NCBI GenBank assembly: GCA_008632985.1 | Contig: QPGO01000211.1 | Location: 1-64,000 of the forward strand | DNA: 64,000 nucleotides | Reading direction: 5' to 3' | Source of the DNA: Psammoneis japonica | Taxonomy: Eukaryota | Shown here: in pieces, positions 11,329 through 24,892 of the stretch | Layout: each line of letters begins with the position of its first letter | How positions within the stretch are numbered: the stretch's first letter is position 1 | Program-made: the position numbers and the translations under genes | The notes under the pieces: generated by a model | What the model was told of the DNA's origin: nothing | The model's database searches: none | The model's input: the letters and a program-made list of their open reading frames with translations, nothing else

Positions 11329-12813
11329 TTACGACTCTTGTTTCCATTCGACTGCAAAAATGGGCACGGGCGACCGTTTCGTAGTATCCACATGTTCTGG
11401 ATGAAAAGTGGAGACCTTCACCTTGCCTTTGAGACTGGGCAATGCCGCAACAATGTTTTGCACCTCGATGGAAAACTTTTCAAAACTCGTGGCTGACGCG
11501 GTCACAAAGTTGCTCATGACCATGTATTGACGTTTGGACGTTTGCATCATGCCGAGATTGCCAAAGACAAACTCATAGGCCGCATCGACGTGGGTGCTAT
11601 CCGTCACGGTAAAGGCCGTCGTTGTGGTGGCATCAAAGTTGGGATCGTGTTGGGCTACCCAATTTTGTGCCAAAATGGTGGGAGTCACGAGGGAAATCTC
11701 GGAAATGCCAGTAGCCTTGCCGATGGCTTCGTAAAACGCATCATCATTGCTATCGTCGTCGTCGTCGTCTTCTTCTAGAATGTTTGCGGTCGGATGATAC
11801 ATGGCTGCCGATTTACCAAAGATAGCTTCGAGTCGTTGAATGTCTTCCATTGAAACCTTATCGTCTTCATGTGCCTTCACTTTGGAAGCTGGCGGACTGG
11901 CCTTAAAGTTGGGAGGCGGTGTCGCCATGACTTCAATCACAACCGTAGGATAAGGCGATCGACGAGCCGCCTCTCGTTTTTCTTTATAGGCCTTGAGGTT
12001 CAAATCCACTTCACCCTCTTCATCTTCGTGTTTCATTTCCTCCATGATTTGTTTGGGTGTCTTTTCCCCAAATTTGGGATGCAAGTGAGCACAATTGATG
12101 CTTACTACCCAATTCGTATCGGCTTCGGCATCGTGATCCGTCAGCAAATCACGGGCATTGCGACGAGCGCGATTAATAACTTGAACGAGATTGTCAAAGG
12201 GATGAAACTTTTTGGCAAACTCGTTTGCCGCCGAAAGCACAACAACTTGAGTCTGACGCATGGTTCTTGGGACATAGGATTCTCCTGAATTATTAAGAAA
12301 AAAAAAAGAGGTGCGTGAAGAAGTGAGTAACTGAATGCAGAAGTGCCGATAAGAAATAAAAAAGCACAGTTACAAGTACATAAACATACCTAATTCCATT
12401 TGTTGATCTTGTTGTGTCGATCCGTGCGTCTGACCCAATTCCCGTGCTTCTCGGAGTCTTCGAAAAATGCCAGCAACAATCATGGCGTCCTCGCCCGATG
12501 TTTCACAGACATAGGAAACTTCTTTGCGAGTATACGGATTCTCGACTTGTCCATTCGGACCAACACGTGCACTGTTGGAAAGAGTTTCGGAAATCCAACG
12601 TTCGGTCGAAGCCAGTGCCGTCCACATGTTGCTGCTGTCCTTGCCGTCATTGGAATTCAAGTCATTTTCGCCCTTTGTATAGTAACGGCGAGTGGATGAA
12701 GGTCGCAAAGTATTAGTAGCTCGAGTAAAGGCTGTTGCAGGATTACTAGTAGAAGTAAAGGCTTCAGCAGCAGTCGCTGCCGATAGAAGCATTACAAAAC
12801 GAACAAGTCTCAT
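11329..12813 (-). CDS. Plastid-targeted protein of unknown function with two DUF1415-like motifs; exons 12813-12390 and 12284-11329
   Basis: MRLVRFVMLLSAATAAEA|FTS presequence; in-frame GT-AG intron; HLHPKFG...RRSPYP and FHPEH...RSPVP motifs. Confidence 0.75.
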
Positions 12814-13367
12814 GGTGCAGGTAACAATGCTGCTGCTGTTGATGTGCTCTCTTTTTGGAATGAAATCGAAATCAACTACTTGATGCAGAACATCAACTAC
12901 TGCGTGACAGCTTGTGAAGACTTGTGATTGGCAGATGGGCAACTTTTCGCTTTTCAGTACAATTTTCACGTAGATTCCTACGAGGAGATCGCGGGAATTC
13001 TCACGGGTACCGCATTGCTTCAATCTGATTGGCTCAAAAAAACATCGACACTTCCATTCTTGTGAGAATTCGCGACCATCAAGTCGTGTCTAATTTGCTT
13101 GTTTGGGAGATCGTGTGTGCGTGCATGCCCATCAGAAGACATCAGAAGACAAAAGTTGGCCCAAATGGGCATCCTTGCTTCCACCACCTCATTCTGAACA
13201 CATCGAGAAAATTTTGCCCATGACGCAACATTCAACATCATTCGCCGTTCGTTGTCGCTTGCCATGTATCAACGCCCATCATTATGCACCGCGGTCCATT
13301 GATTATTCGTATGGTATGCCATCCCGGATTCGAGTCGTTCTTGTTGAACGTACAGACTGAACGGAGG

Positions 13368-14753
13368 ATGATTTTGAAAAGAATAAAACCTTGCCGACGT
13401 CCGTACAGCAGCAGTGACTTGTCGTCGTCGTCGAGAACCCGACAATTTTGGAATAGAATACCTACGAGACACTTGAATGGTACCCATATAAGTTCGTTGG
13501 GATGCAGAAAAATGACAAGCAAACATAACGAGGCCATTGACAACAGTGATCTACATCAAGAACAGAAAATTGACGAACCACGAAAATTAAATGTCTATGA
13601 CGACAGTGACAAGTGGCAAGACTGGTTTCCAAGAGAAGAATATCTAGACCCATGGGGTGAATCGCTAGAACCTCTCGATTATGAACCACTGGATCATGAT
13701 ACACGTACGCTCATTCAGGAGCTTCAAAACACCTTTCATGGCATTCCATCCAACCTAGATGCACCCATCACGACAGAGCTGTGCAATCTCGTAAGTCCAT
13801 CTTGATTGGGGAAAAACTCACCTTAAGTCGTTATGTTTGTAGCTCATTCTAATTCATTTCATCTTTTTTCACACAAGGCAATCAAAGATTTGAATGATCT
13901 CAGTTTGGGTTCCAAGAAATTAAAAGGACGTGCCGAACGAGCTCACATGATTCTAAAGTGTATGGAACTGTTCTATTCGCTTCCTCCCCTAGATCCAAAA
14001 ATACAACTTCCATGGCCACTTCCAAGCCGCGAAACATACTTTGGAGTACTCAAGCTATTTGCCTCGTCCACAGCTCATTTCTCGGATCGACGAGTGCCAG
14101 AGACATGCATGGAAATTATAAAACGCATCGAGGCACGCTATCAAGAAAAGGGTGGATGGGTCAAGCAGGGCAAGGAATCCCAACAGACGGCTGCTCCGCT
14201 CATTTTAAGACCCAATGTCGTCATGTGGAATCAAGTCTTGTCGGCATGGGCCACTTGTACCGATGAACAAAAGGCCTACGAGGCTGCCAATTTGTTGAAA
14301 CAATTAAAGGAAAAGGACCTGGTGGATTCATCCACCTATGGTCATGTACTGCGAGCATGTGCCTTTTCCAATCAATCCAACGCTTCCAAAAAGCTAGCTT
14401 CGGAGGTTGCCGTGTTTGTGTGGGATGACTTTACAAACAATACACAAGGACTGGAACCCACATCGTACATGTACGCGTTTTATTTGCAAGCATGTCAATA
14501 CATTGCCCGTGCCTCGCGGCGCGATGAAAAGGTACAAGAAGCGTTTCGACACTGTTGCCAACACGGAATGGTCAATGCACACGTGATCCATGCTCTAAAA
14601 ATGGCGGCAAGCAGCAAGCTCTACAACAAGCTCATGCAAGAGGGAATTGAGGACTTTGGCAAAAAGCGGCATTTGGGCGATAGTGTGCTTGCACAACAAC
14701 TCCCGTATGAATGGGCGTGCAATTCCAATGTGACAAATCAGCTTGGATGGTAG
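13368..14753 (+). CDS. Organellar (probably mitochondrial) PPR-like helical repeat protein; intron 13791-13877
   Basis: RPNVVMWNQVLSAWA, DSSTYGHVLRACA and PTSYMYAFYLQAC repeats; Arg/Ser-rich N-terminus; start codon uncertain. Confidence 0.75.
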
Positions 14754-14991
14754 AGGAAACCAGTGGATATTTGCAAAGATATAAATAGTGTCTTAGATAT
14801 ATCCTATCCTACTAAGCTAAGCTAATAAATGAAAACTGAAAATGTAATAGCCAATCCAAAAGGCAACATGCAACTTTTTTTCTCGTAGTATGTTCCATGC
14901 ATAAAAAAGTATAGGTTTTCCTCGCACACAGTCCTACTGTCAAACAGTAATGATTCATTACTGCTTTTGTGTATCTGCGTCAACACACAAT

Positions 14992-16274
14992 TTATTGTGC
15001 AGGAACTGCAAACTTTTTTCGAGAATGCTGTTCGGGCGTTTTCCCTTTGAAATCGGGAGCTTCCGATGCTTCTGGATACGCTTCCATGAGAACCTGGATG
15101 ACCTCGGGCGGTGAACCGCTTTCACTACAAGCAGAAACATACAAAAAGAGAACGTTAGGGAAATATCCAGCCATAAAATGGAGACAAATAGTGCAAAAAG
15201 CTCTACTTACGTTGCAATGTGTAGAGGCAACAACCCGTTGAGCTTTCCAGGTGCCTGTGGGGGCAAAAGAAGAAGATATAATGACCGTTAGTATAAACAA
15301 AATCAAGTGATACGTTTGCATTTTCACCGGCTCACGCTAATCTTACCTTTGCAGCGTCTGGGTTCATCTCTAAAAGAGTCTTGACAATGTCAACGCTCAC
15401 GTATTTCTGGCAAGCAAGATGCAAGGGTAGCCACCCGTTGGTCTTTGTCCTCGCCTTGGCAGCCTCGGGATTCGCCTCGTACAAGAGCTTGAGTGTATCT
15501 GGCGAAGCATGGTGAAGAGCTGCCAAGTGCAACGCCTGTGTTTCAACGTAGAGAGAGGAGATATAAGATACGCTGCTCGTAGCAAACAACCCGCATGCAT
15601 AAACTATCATGAATTTGCTTCTCTTACCGTTTCTTCTTCCGAAGTGCACGTACTCGTCACCGCGTCGGGGTACGCCTTGAGTATAAGTTCAATCGCATCA
15701 CACGATTCTTCACAAAGACACGCATAATGCAGCGGATACCATCCGTTCCGGTCCTTCCACGAGGCGGCTTGGGGCCACGCCGACAGGAGACGTTGAATAA
15801 TGTTGGTTTGCAAATGATGAAAGCACGCAAGATGAAGACAGGTCTTGCCCGTCACACCAAAGGACTGGACGGCCACCTTGTTGAGATCGGCATCCATGAG
15901 TGCAAAAATAACCGACGGCTCGGCTTGGTTTCGAATCGCCACGCGAAGGGGTAACATGCCCATTTCATTCTTGGACGTGACGGCGTCTATTTAAAAGAAA
16001 AGATGCGTCAAAATGAGAAGCCATCGTTACTCATTACACAGTGCCAACAAACAAACAACACCATACTATACGTACCTGGATTTGCAGCAATCAACCTCTT
16101 GACCACATGGAGCGGAGGCTTGTGCATCAAGGCAAACGTGAGCGGAAGAGCCTTGTAGGACGACCCGGGTTCGCACGCTAGGCCCGGATTTTCGACCAAG
16201 ACATCTTTGACCTGTTCCCAATCTTCTCGTTCAATGAGATGGAATAGGGTGCAGCGAGTTAGGGATCTATCCAT
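14992..16274 (-). CDS. Ankyrin-like repeat protein, 5 exons (16274-16076, 15986-15628, 15535-15347, 15254-15211, 15124-14992)
   Basis: Repeated GWLPLHLAC / GWYPLHYAC / GLLPLHIA...AYPEA units; four GT-AG introns keep the frame. Confidence 0.8.
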
Positions 16275-16737
16275 GGTGTAAATGGGGTGCTCTCTGTGAG
16301 AGGCCGTGAAGAAAACAGGATGCAAAAAAGTAAGCAGTGTGAGCACGAACTTTGTGATCTCGTTTTCTAATATCCACAAAACAACCAGTCACTGGTCGAC
16401 CGACATGTTGCACTCATACATTGTAATAGCTACTCACCACTTGAGCTATAATGTTAGTTTGTTGTTTGTTCAGAGTATTTGGATACTGAGCGAATCGGAG
16501 GAGAGCAATGTGATGCGATGCGGCGACGGGGCACCAGGTGGAAAAAGCAAGCGGGTTGCGACATGATGGTTCTCATCGAATCAATCCCATGCAACTCCAG
16601 CGGGTTCTCATTTTCGTGACACCATCGCGTCAGGATGACGTCGAAAGATATTTACGCGCGCGATCAAGCGCGACCGGCCGTTGCAAGACTCCCATGATCC
16701 GCGACCCGCGCGACGCACGGACTCACGGCGCTCTGAG

Positions 16738-16780
16738 NNNNNNNNNNNNNNNNNNNNNNNNNNNNNNNNNNNNNNNNNNN
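16738..16780. other. Assembly gap (N run)
   Basis: Run of N seen directly. Confidence 1.
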
Positions 16781-17967
16781 CCTGTCGACGACAACAAGAA
16801 AGAACGCAACTTGACGATACCGGAAATGCATTGGAAGGATTCTCGGACGATGTAGCGAGTCTCTGGTGTCCAGTAAGAACAATTCCCGTGCTGGAAAACC
16901 CGCCAACCGCACTCGACTTCTTGCGTAATTTCGTGAGCAAGAGTGTTCCATGCATTATCCGAAATGCCATTCCCCAAAGCGACAATGACGATTCATCTCC
17001 CCTGTTGCTGACTCTCGATGATTTGGAAGAGCTGTGTAAGAATGGCGATGACGATTTGAAGCTGACAGTCAACGTCACTCCAGACGGACACGGCGATTGC
17101 GTTCGTACAGTGAGACTCTACGACGGCGACACTCGTCGCTTTTTTGTAAAGCCACAAGAACGGACCATGTCGTTTGACGAATTTCGTACCAATCTTCGTC
17201 GTACGAAAAAGGAAAAACAAAATGACGACTCTGTCGAGACGGATCAAAATGGACGTGCCGTTTTTCCGCTTTTACAACCAAAAACAACCACTACTCATCC
17301 CACTCCCAACGAACAAAACAATAATGATTCATCCGTCTTTTACTATTCATATCAAAACGATTGTCTCCGAACCGAATTACGTCCCTTATTTCTTCAAAAT
17401 ATCTTTCCTTCAACACTACAATTTGCGCAAGACGCCTTTGGCACGGGTCCTCCCGATGCCATTAATTTGTGGATTGGAAAGGAGGACGCGGTATCGTCCA
17501 TGCACAAGGATCATTACGAGAATTTATTTTATGTGCTGAGTGGTGAAAAGGAGTTTATGCTCTGTCCACCTGCGGATGTGCTGTTTTTAGATCAAGACGA
17601 GTTTGACTGCGGTGTGTTTGGTCAAGACGAAAATGGGTCGTGGTGTGTCGTTCCGGAATATAATATGGAGTTGGGTGGTATTCTTGAACGGCTCGATGGT
17701 TCTTCAAAGAGAGCTGTTAAAATGCAATGGATAGACAATGACATTGACAAACAAGACGATGATAATGACACACGATCTCGTTTGGCACATCCAATCCACG
17801 TCAAAGTCCGTGCGGGAGAAATGTTGTACTTGCCCGCGCTGTGGTTTCACCAAGTGTCGCAGACATGCGAAACGGTCGGTTTGAATTATTGGTATGACAT
17901 GCACTTTAATTCTCCGCAATGGTGCTATTTTAACTTTTTACAACAAATTGCGAAAAAGGAAAAATGA
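16781..17967 (+). CDS. JMJD7: JmjC domain-containing protein 7; 5' end lies in the gap
   Basis: VNVTPDGHGD, YYSYQNDCL, PDAINLWIG...SSMHKDHYENLFYVLSGEKEF, GEMLYLPALWFHQVSQ, NYWYDM. Confidence 0.9.
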
Positions 17968-18508
17968 GCCTCGTGTCGTATGGCGTCATTCTTGGATGTG
18001 AGGCATGAAACCCAGATATAGAGGCATTGCATTCTTTTCAATGAAGCTGTAGTTGTTCAAGACCGAGTTGTTGGGCTTTTTTGAGGGTGATAGGTATTTT
18101 AACAACGTCCTTTGAGACGATGAAAGGGCGAAGCAAGAGCTCTTTTTCTATTGACACGAGCAATAGCGTAGACTTACCTCCGACGACCGACCGACTGCGA
18201 CGACGCACACACAGCGACACGGCGAGCACCATGGTATCGCATTGTCTTTGCGGCGACAACATCGGTCACCCAGAAGTGCGTTGTAAAGCTTTTGTCGGAC
18301 GATGCAGAGAGTCGTCTCTGGGAAGATTCTTCATTCGAATATTCAGTTCGCCGAACTTTGAGTCGTGGCACGACTGGGGTGCTGCACGTTTGGCAATTTT
18401 TGAATGCACCCTTGGGTTCATCGCTACTCACCCTTCTTCACAAAGCTACAAATCCTCATGAAGAAACAGAGAAGTAAACAGAAACTGTCAAACAAACAAA
18501 GTATCAAC

Positions 18509-19652
18509 ATGCAAAGCGAAGAAGATGCAGTCATGCCATCCTTTATGGAGATCCCACTGGATGAGGAAGATTCGCGGTATTCTCAAAGTTTTGATCCACG
18601 AAGCGACGCAGAATTTGAGCTAGCCAGAGCATTCTTGAGAAATATGGGTTTGTCATCTTTCGAGATGTCATTTCGGAAGATCAGTGCGATGCCACTGTGC
18701 GTGACATGATCGCTTTGCTCCAGGAACAAGACTAGACGCCACTGACCCAAACACATGGTCTGGTCTCACCAACTTTGGATGCCCAAAACAAGTCAACGCG
18801 CTCTTTCGACCCAGCCTTCTGAGAATAAGACAAGACCCAGCTGTTCACAGAGCGTTCTCAGCTGTATTGGAAAATGACAATTTAATTGTAAACCACGATC
18901 GATGGCTCCTGCATCGACCACCGGCCACCCCGACACAGCCACTCACAAGACGCAACGTTCATCTGGACATGAACCCATGGGAGTTTTTGGACCCGAGCTC
19001 TGAGAAGACCATTCAGAAACGACTATCCCAGCTCCAATACCGTCAGAACGATCGAGCGTATATTGCCGAGAACAATGATGTCCATGTTTCCATGGCACGG
19101 CCCTGTGTCGTCCAAGCTATTCTCAACTTGAGGGACATGCCTGACCGACAACACGGGGGAACCATTCTCGTACCAGGATCGCACAAGACCTTTGGCAATT
19201 GGCTAAAGAATTGTGCTGATTCTAGCAAACGCCGCGAAGGACCAATGCAATATGTCTTGGATGCTTCGGACCCAATGATGCGTTTGGTTCAGCATCCAAC
19301 ACTGCGGGCCGGCTCCATGATTGTCTGGGATCAACGAGTCTTTCACGGGTCAACACCGAACCTGAGTCGTGACGTTCGTGCCGCCATCCCCATCAAGGCG
19401 TTTTCTGCAGATGTCTTGAGAAACGATCCACGACGAGCTCGTGAACGGGCTTTGGCAATTCGAAGCGAAGTTGAAAAGGCAGGCTTTGAAAATGAGTTGA
19501 CAGAGATCGGGAGCAAGTTTTTGGGTTTAACTTGGAAACCCAACAGTGAAGGACGACTTGAGTACGTTATAGATTGGAGCATTGTTTTTGTATCGGCATT
19601 CAGCGACGCTTCATCTTTCAGCAAGGCACAGGTAAAGGCTCGTATACCTTGA
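18509..19652 (+). pseudogene. Phytanoyl-CoA dioxygenase (PhyH)-family 2OG-Fe(II) oxygenase with frameshifts in its 5' part (pseudogene or consensus errors)
   Basis: KYGFVIFRDVIS is out of frame; VHLDMNPW, GGTILVPGSHK and AGSMIVWDQRVFHGSTPN give the HxD...H triad; frame breaks at ~18640 and ~18730-18780. Confidence 0.7.
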
Positions 19653-19749
19653 CCAGGTCGGTACGGGCCAGCGAACCAACGAGGCCTTCGGCTTTCGATG
19701 CGCCAACTAAATGCGACCGCGTAATTCGAGTTGGGCACACAAGTCCTAC

Positions 19750-21120
19750 AAGGCTTGACGGTAGGCTTCGAGGCGGGTCTGGTCGGCGGTAAAGGGATGA
19801 TAACGATAAAACAAAATGTGTGTTGTTGTTGTTGTGGTCGTTGAACAGCGGCCGAAGAGGAAGCTTATGCTGATCCTTCTTCTTCTTCTTGCATGATGGG
19901 TAAGGTTGTTACTATTGATTGATTGCAGATGGTATTTCTGTTCGAAAGAGGAGATTTTTCTTGTCGCGTGGGGTTTCTCTATCAATCTCCATGTCATGGT
20001 TGTAGCCACGTCATCTTCTTGACAAGATGAAAGAATAAGGCTGCCGTTATGTTGTATCTGGGTGAACAAATCCCACTATGTAAAAAACAAACCCATAAAC
20101 AGATGGATTAGCTTGAACCCAAGATGACCGGTAAAACATCTTTATAGCGGCAAATCCCATTTTCTTCGACAGGAGCTCAATCACATAGGAGCTGAGTAGA
20201 GGGAATTTATTCGCATCCTTCGCCGATTCCGGAAAGTGAGCAATGATGTGACTAACTGCCAGACGCCCACGCCATCCCGTCAATCCGTAAAAAAGCTGTT
20301 CAACGTCCTCGATCTTTTCAACGTTATTCGTTACTTCTGTAATGGCTTTCATCATTGGCAGCCCGAAAAGACACCTCGCCGACCCACCAAAAAACCAATG
20401 CTCAATTTCAACGACTTTGTCAATCGTATGCTCTTCATGATCATCGAGTCGGCCAGCCATCCCGACTTTGAAATCTTCGATAATTTGCGTCTTTTCTCTT
20501 CTTGCTGCATCTTTTTCACGAAGGAGTCAATTTCCGTACGTGTCCATGAAGGACAGCAGATTTCTTCCCACCCAAGTTCAGCAGGGTTTCCTGGGGAATC
20601 ACAACATGCTGGCCAGTGGCCCAAACCATCTGATCATAGTCCAACTCTGCACCACAACTGCTGACATCCTTCTTGTTTTCTTCACACATGCCATCCACAA
20701 TGCACATGTTAAACCTCTGTTCCTCAAGAAGGGCTGAAGGTTTGAGGTGCTTGAACTGTGGCTCTCCGCTGTCAGGGTGCATGGTCATCACCACAAAAGA
20801 GGGACAGCTGGCAGTGGGCAAAAATGGCACCACAGGGCCCAACAGGTCATGTTGAATCCATGGTTTACAACTTGCTTAAGAGCCAAAACCAAATGGTGGT
20901 TGATTTTCCAACTCCAGGGGGGCTTGTGCGGCACAAGAACTGCTTCTTAAAGATTGCCACAGGCCAACCAAAGCATCTCAAATTCACAAGGAATTCATCT
21001 TGGTTGCAGACCTGCTTTGTCCAAATGATGAATGTCTCAGATGACAGCATCTGAATTGCTGTGCTTTCATCTCTCTCATCCCTCACATCCTGTTTGATTT
21101 GAGTTTTGCTCAACATGGAT
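19750..21120 (-). pseudogene. Disrupted P-loop NTPase resembling Crinkler/RHS-associated CR-NTPases
   Basis: SPPGVGKSTT Walker A; CIVDG; CPSWTRTEI; WFFGGSARCLF; NPSVYGFVF; several frameshifts; 3' limit uncertain. Confidence 0.5.
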
Positions 21121-22439
21121 CATCTGCTCAGCAATGAAAGTTGTGTTTGTCAGTCTCCCTGTCTCTCAGCCATCATGCTCAACAACAGTTGCATGCCACA
21201 AAGAATGTTGCAAGGCTGTTGTCAGTTGTCTCCAATGCAAGACTGATTGTTGAGAAGCTGGCATCTCCTTCGGTCTGTGGTCTGTGTGCCAGATGTTGTG
21301 GATTTGCATGCAACAAGTTGCCCAGCTGTGCTCACCAGCAATTTGGCCCAGAAAACTCACAATTTCAGCCAGTTTTTTTTTTCGTTTAAAGACATTTGAC
21401 TGGATGCTGTGTTGCTGCTCATCAGCAGGGTATCTCTGTTTGCCCTCTCTCTGAGGCATCATTCTGGAGGTGATGTGCTGGAGTTTTGGCCAGTCATGTT
21501 TGCAAACAACAACCAAAGTGACCTGGCCCATTTCATGCTTCCATTTGGGAATGCCCAAGCCAGAGCAACTGCATCTGGCTTTGATGCTGTCAGAGTGTCA
21601 TCACAGTTGTGCTCTCCCTGCACCCATTTTTGTTCAGCACTTTGCACCATGGAACAGCAAGCTAGAAGAATCCAGTCTCCTGGCCCTCTGTGCAATGCCA
21701 TCACACAAAACTTGCTTTGGTGGTGCACCTCAACACAGCACCCCACATTTGGACATGCTGCATCTCTGCCAAACCTCTGCAAGAGTTGGCCAAGATCATG
21801 TGTGTTGTGGAAGAAGGCCACGTGACATGCCTTCTTCCACCCATGCAGCAGCGGCACCTCCAGCACCTGATCCCCAGCTCCATGCTGGTTCAACTTGTCA
21901 TCTGTGCAGCTGGTGCCAAGTGCTGAGGAAGCTCACAACCAAGAAAACCACAGTGCTGATGCTAAAATGGATGATGGCACCACCGAGATGTGGTTTGTGC
22001 ACTTTCCTTTGGTGCACCCATGGCGTCAGCCAGCCCACACCAGTGTGTCAAATTTGGCATGGTGGAAGCAGGTGGACCTTGTCTCGGCAGCTTAAAGCAA
22101 ATTGATGAAGAAGAAACAAAGTCAAATGATTGTGTGGCAGCAAAGCAACAAATGTGGCAAGCAATGTGTTGTAGATCTGGCTTTTGACTCTCTCCGCTGG
22201 CACAAGGGACACCCAGTGGCTAGATCTCCAACCAACTGGAACCTTGTCATGTCTCCAAAATTGTTTCCGTTGAAGCACGTCATCTCCATTCTCAAACAAA
22301 AACAAACTAAATTACAAGAAAGGCTTGCATGGACAAGCCAAGGTTTAGCCACACCCATGCATGGAAGTTTTGCGCTTGATCTCTGCATGTTGTTGTGACA
22401 TCACCACTCGTTTTGACTTGGCACATGCAACAACAGATC

Positions 22440-24380
22440 ACAAAACATTGAGTTGCCACCTTGTTTCATGGGGACGAGTCAAATGGTGACATGCAATGCA
22501 TCGAAACTCCAATTGTTTGCCATGAAAACACAGACTGATCCCAATGCATCGTGTCGACATCACTGAAAATTGCACCGACACTGACAGCGCTTCCATCTGC
22601 TGACACAGACACAGCCTCTCCAAACCAATCGCATTCAGCCTCTGCATGTGAAAGAATGTCCAACTGATTCCATCTCATTGAGTTGGCATCGCATTGAAAA
22701 ACTCCAACATGACCCACATCTTCCAATCCATTGATGTCATGAGACCAACTTCCAATTGCCACAACATTTCAATTCCCACTCAAGGACACAGACCTGCCAA
22801 AAAAGTCACCTGGCTGTGACGTGACCAAAGATTGACCACGTTGCATCCATGTTGACGTGTTTTGGTCATGAACACAAACCAACACCCTCTCATCATTCAC
22901 CTTGACTGATGGTGCACCCATGGCCATGATCAAACTGGTGTCATCAAGAGATGCAGAACACCCACACAGACCAAACCTGACTTGTCCATTGATTGGACAG
23001 CCCAATGGAACCCATTGCAATGATGAAGCTTTGCATTCAAACACCAAAACCTGCCCAGCAAGATCTCCGCCGGCATCATTTCCCTGTGCCCCAATGCAAA
23101 CAATGGTCCCCGAGCTGCTCAAGGACACCAGTGCCCCCAACTCATCACGGGCAACTTGCCCAATTGGTGTCTGTCCAAGTTGGTTCCATGACAATGTTTC
23201 AATGTTGCATTGAAGCAATCAAGCCAATCCAGAATTGGTGCCATTGTCAGTGTCATCCCAATGAGCCCCCATGGCCAGAATGACTCCCATCTCCGACAAT
23301 GACACGGAATGGCCAGAGCAAAAAGAAAAATCACCCGCAGCTTGTCTGTCAATGTCGCTGCTGAGTTGCACCCAATGGCTTGCAGAGAAGTCACATTGAA
23401 AGCTCAAGCTTGGCCAGCCTTTGCTTCACTGCTGCTGTTCAACAGTGCGCCCACAGCCAAAATCGCACTGTCACCATTCAAAGACACGGATCCCCCAAAT
23501 TCATCACTGTTGGCTTGTCCAACCAGTGCTTGACCCATGGGCATCCACTGCTGTGTGGTGGAATTGATCCATTGCATGGAAACAAAACCAGATTTGTGAG
23601 AACGGCATTGCTCAGCTCTCCCACAGCTGTGATGGTTCCGTCTCACGACAAGGAGATGGCGGCACCAAAACAATCATCATCAGCATTGCTGTGCAGAACT
23701 TGTCTGAGAAGTTGCCCCACTCCTGGAGTGGCTGGTGTGGGAGGCAGGGATGGATCAGTTGACAGCGTCAGCAAACTGGTTGATGCATTGTCACCACCTC
23801 CTCCTGTCACTCCAACAACAATTCTGACTGCGGCACCAACAACCAAAATTGCAGTTCCCAACGCAATTGAGTGTTTCCGATGCTTGTTGCTCAAGGGTGC
23901 CTCGTTTCCAATCTGATCATGTTCATCATTGCTGGGAACAGCTTCAACAACATGTGCATCCGCTTCAGCCACAGGAGCTGTTTGTCGAAGGCAAGAGCAG
24001 ATTCCTTCTCTTAGACAAGCATTTTCCTCATCATTTGATTGAGCAAGTTCGCCTTCTGCAACAACTGCACTCTCATTGTCTGCACTCGGTGGTGACATGG
24101 GATTAGAATGAGCTGTTTCCAGGTCTGATGTGAGCAACATGTGATCACTGCCATCAATTCCCCATCCACGATGGACCTGACACCCTTGGCTTGCAGCGCA
24201 TGCCCCTGCAAGACTGGCTGCCAAAGCTTTGCCGGCATCCTCTTCCTGGTTTGAATTCTCTCTTTCTTTGTTCCCATCGTCATCATCTTGTTCACTTTGG
24301 TCTTGCTCCTCTCGATTTTCTTTGTCACAAAGATGCTGACTGGCACATTGTTTCTTTGTTGCCCCAATCAACGCCCCAGT
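22440..24380 (-). pseudogene. Decayed type II membrane protein with FG-GAP/integrin-alpha-like beta-propeller repeats (copy A)
   Basis: Repeats WxQLGQxxxGQxxxDEFGxSVSLSxxG; single TM segment (IALGTAILVVGAAVRIVVGV); in-frame TGA stops; Tyr absent. Confidence 0.75.
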
Positions 24381-24892
24381 GAGCAGCTTTCACCTCCTCG
24401 ATCGCTGACTCGTCATGTGTTCTCTCAATCAAATTTTCTTCTTTGTCGTCACTTTCAGCTTTTGCAGCTCATTTGTTGGGACCATTCATTGCTGTCCTGG
24501 AGTGCAGTCAACTTTGTAAAGTGTGGCATTTTGTGCTGACTGCTGACAATGATTCAGAGTGCAGGGAGCCCTGTTCCCTGTGTGCCTCTCCGTTGCTCTG
24601 CTCTCAGGATTTTCGAATTTGCTGTGTCCAAGACTGACAACTCCCCAAGTTCCATGGATGTGAAGTAAAAGTTTGCACGCATCATTGTTCATTTGCACAT
24701 TCATGTGTTAACACAGAAATAAATTGACACACAATGTCAACGTCTTGGATGCACTGCTGTGAAATGTCAACAGTTGGCGTGTGGAGAGGAATCTTTTCAA
24801 TAATTTTGTACGATGAGAGTGCTGTCATTGCCGTCTGAGTCTCAAGTAAATGATGCTTTCGATGCTGCACCTCTGTTGCTTCTGAAAATCAG

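Noticed and set aside
18038..18461. Short ORFs between JMJD7 and the PhyH-like gene
   Set aside because: No recognisable domain, and the only candidate intron is implausibly short (~30 bp).
21100..22400. Several 60-210 aa ORFs here, also at 27000-27900 and 29550-30900
   Set aside because: No recognisable domain. They overlap in many frames and are explained by the loss of TAA/TAG stops.
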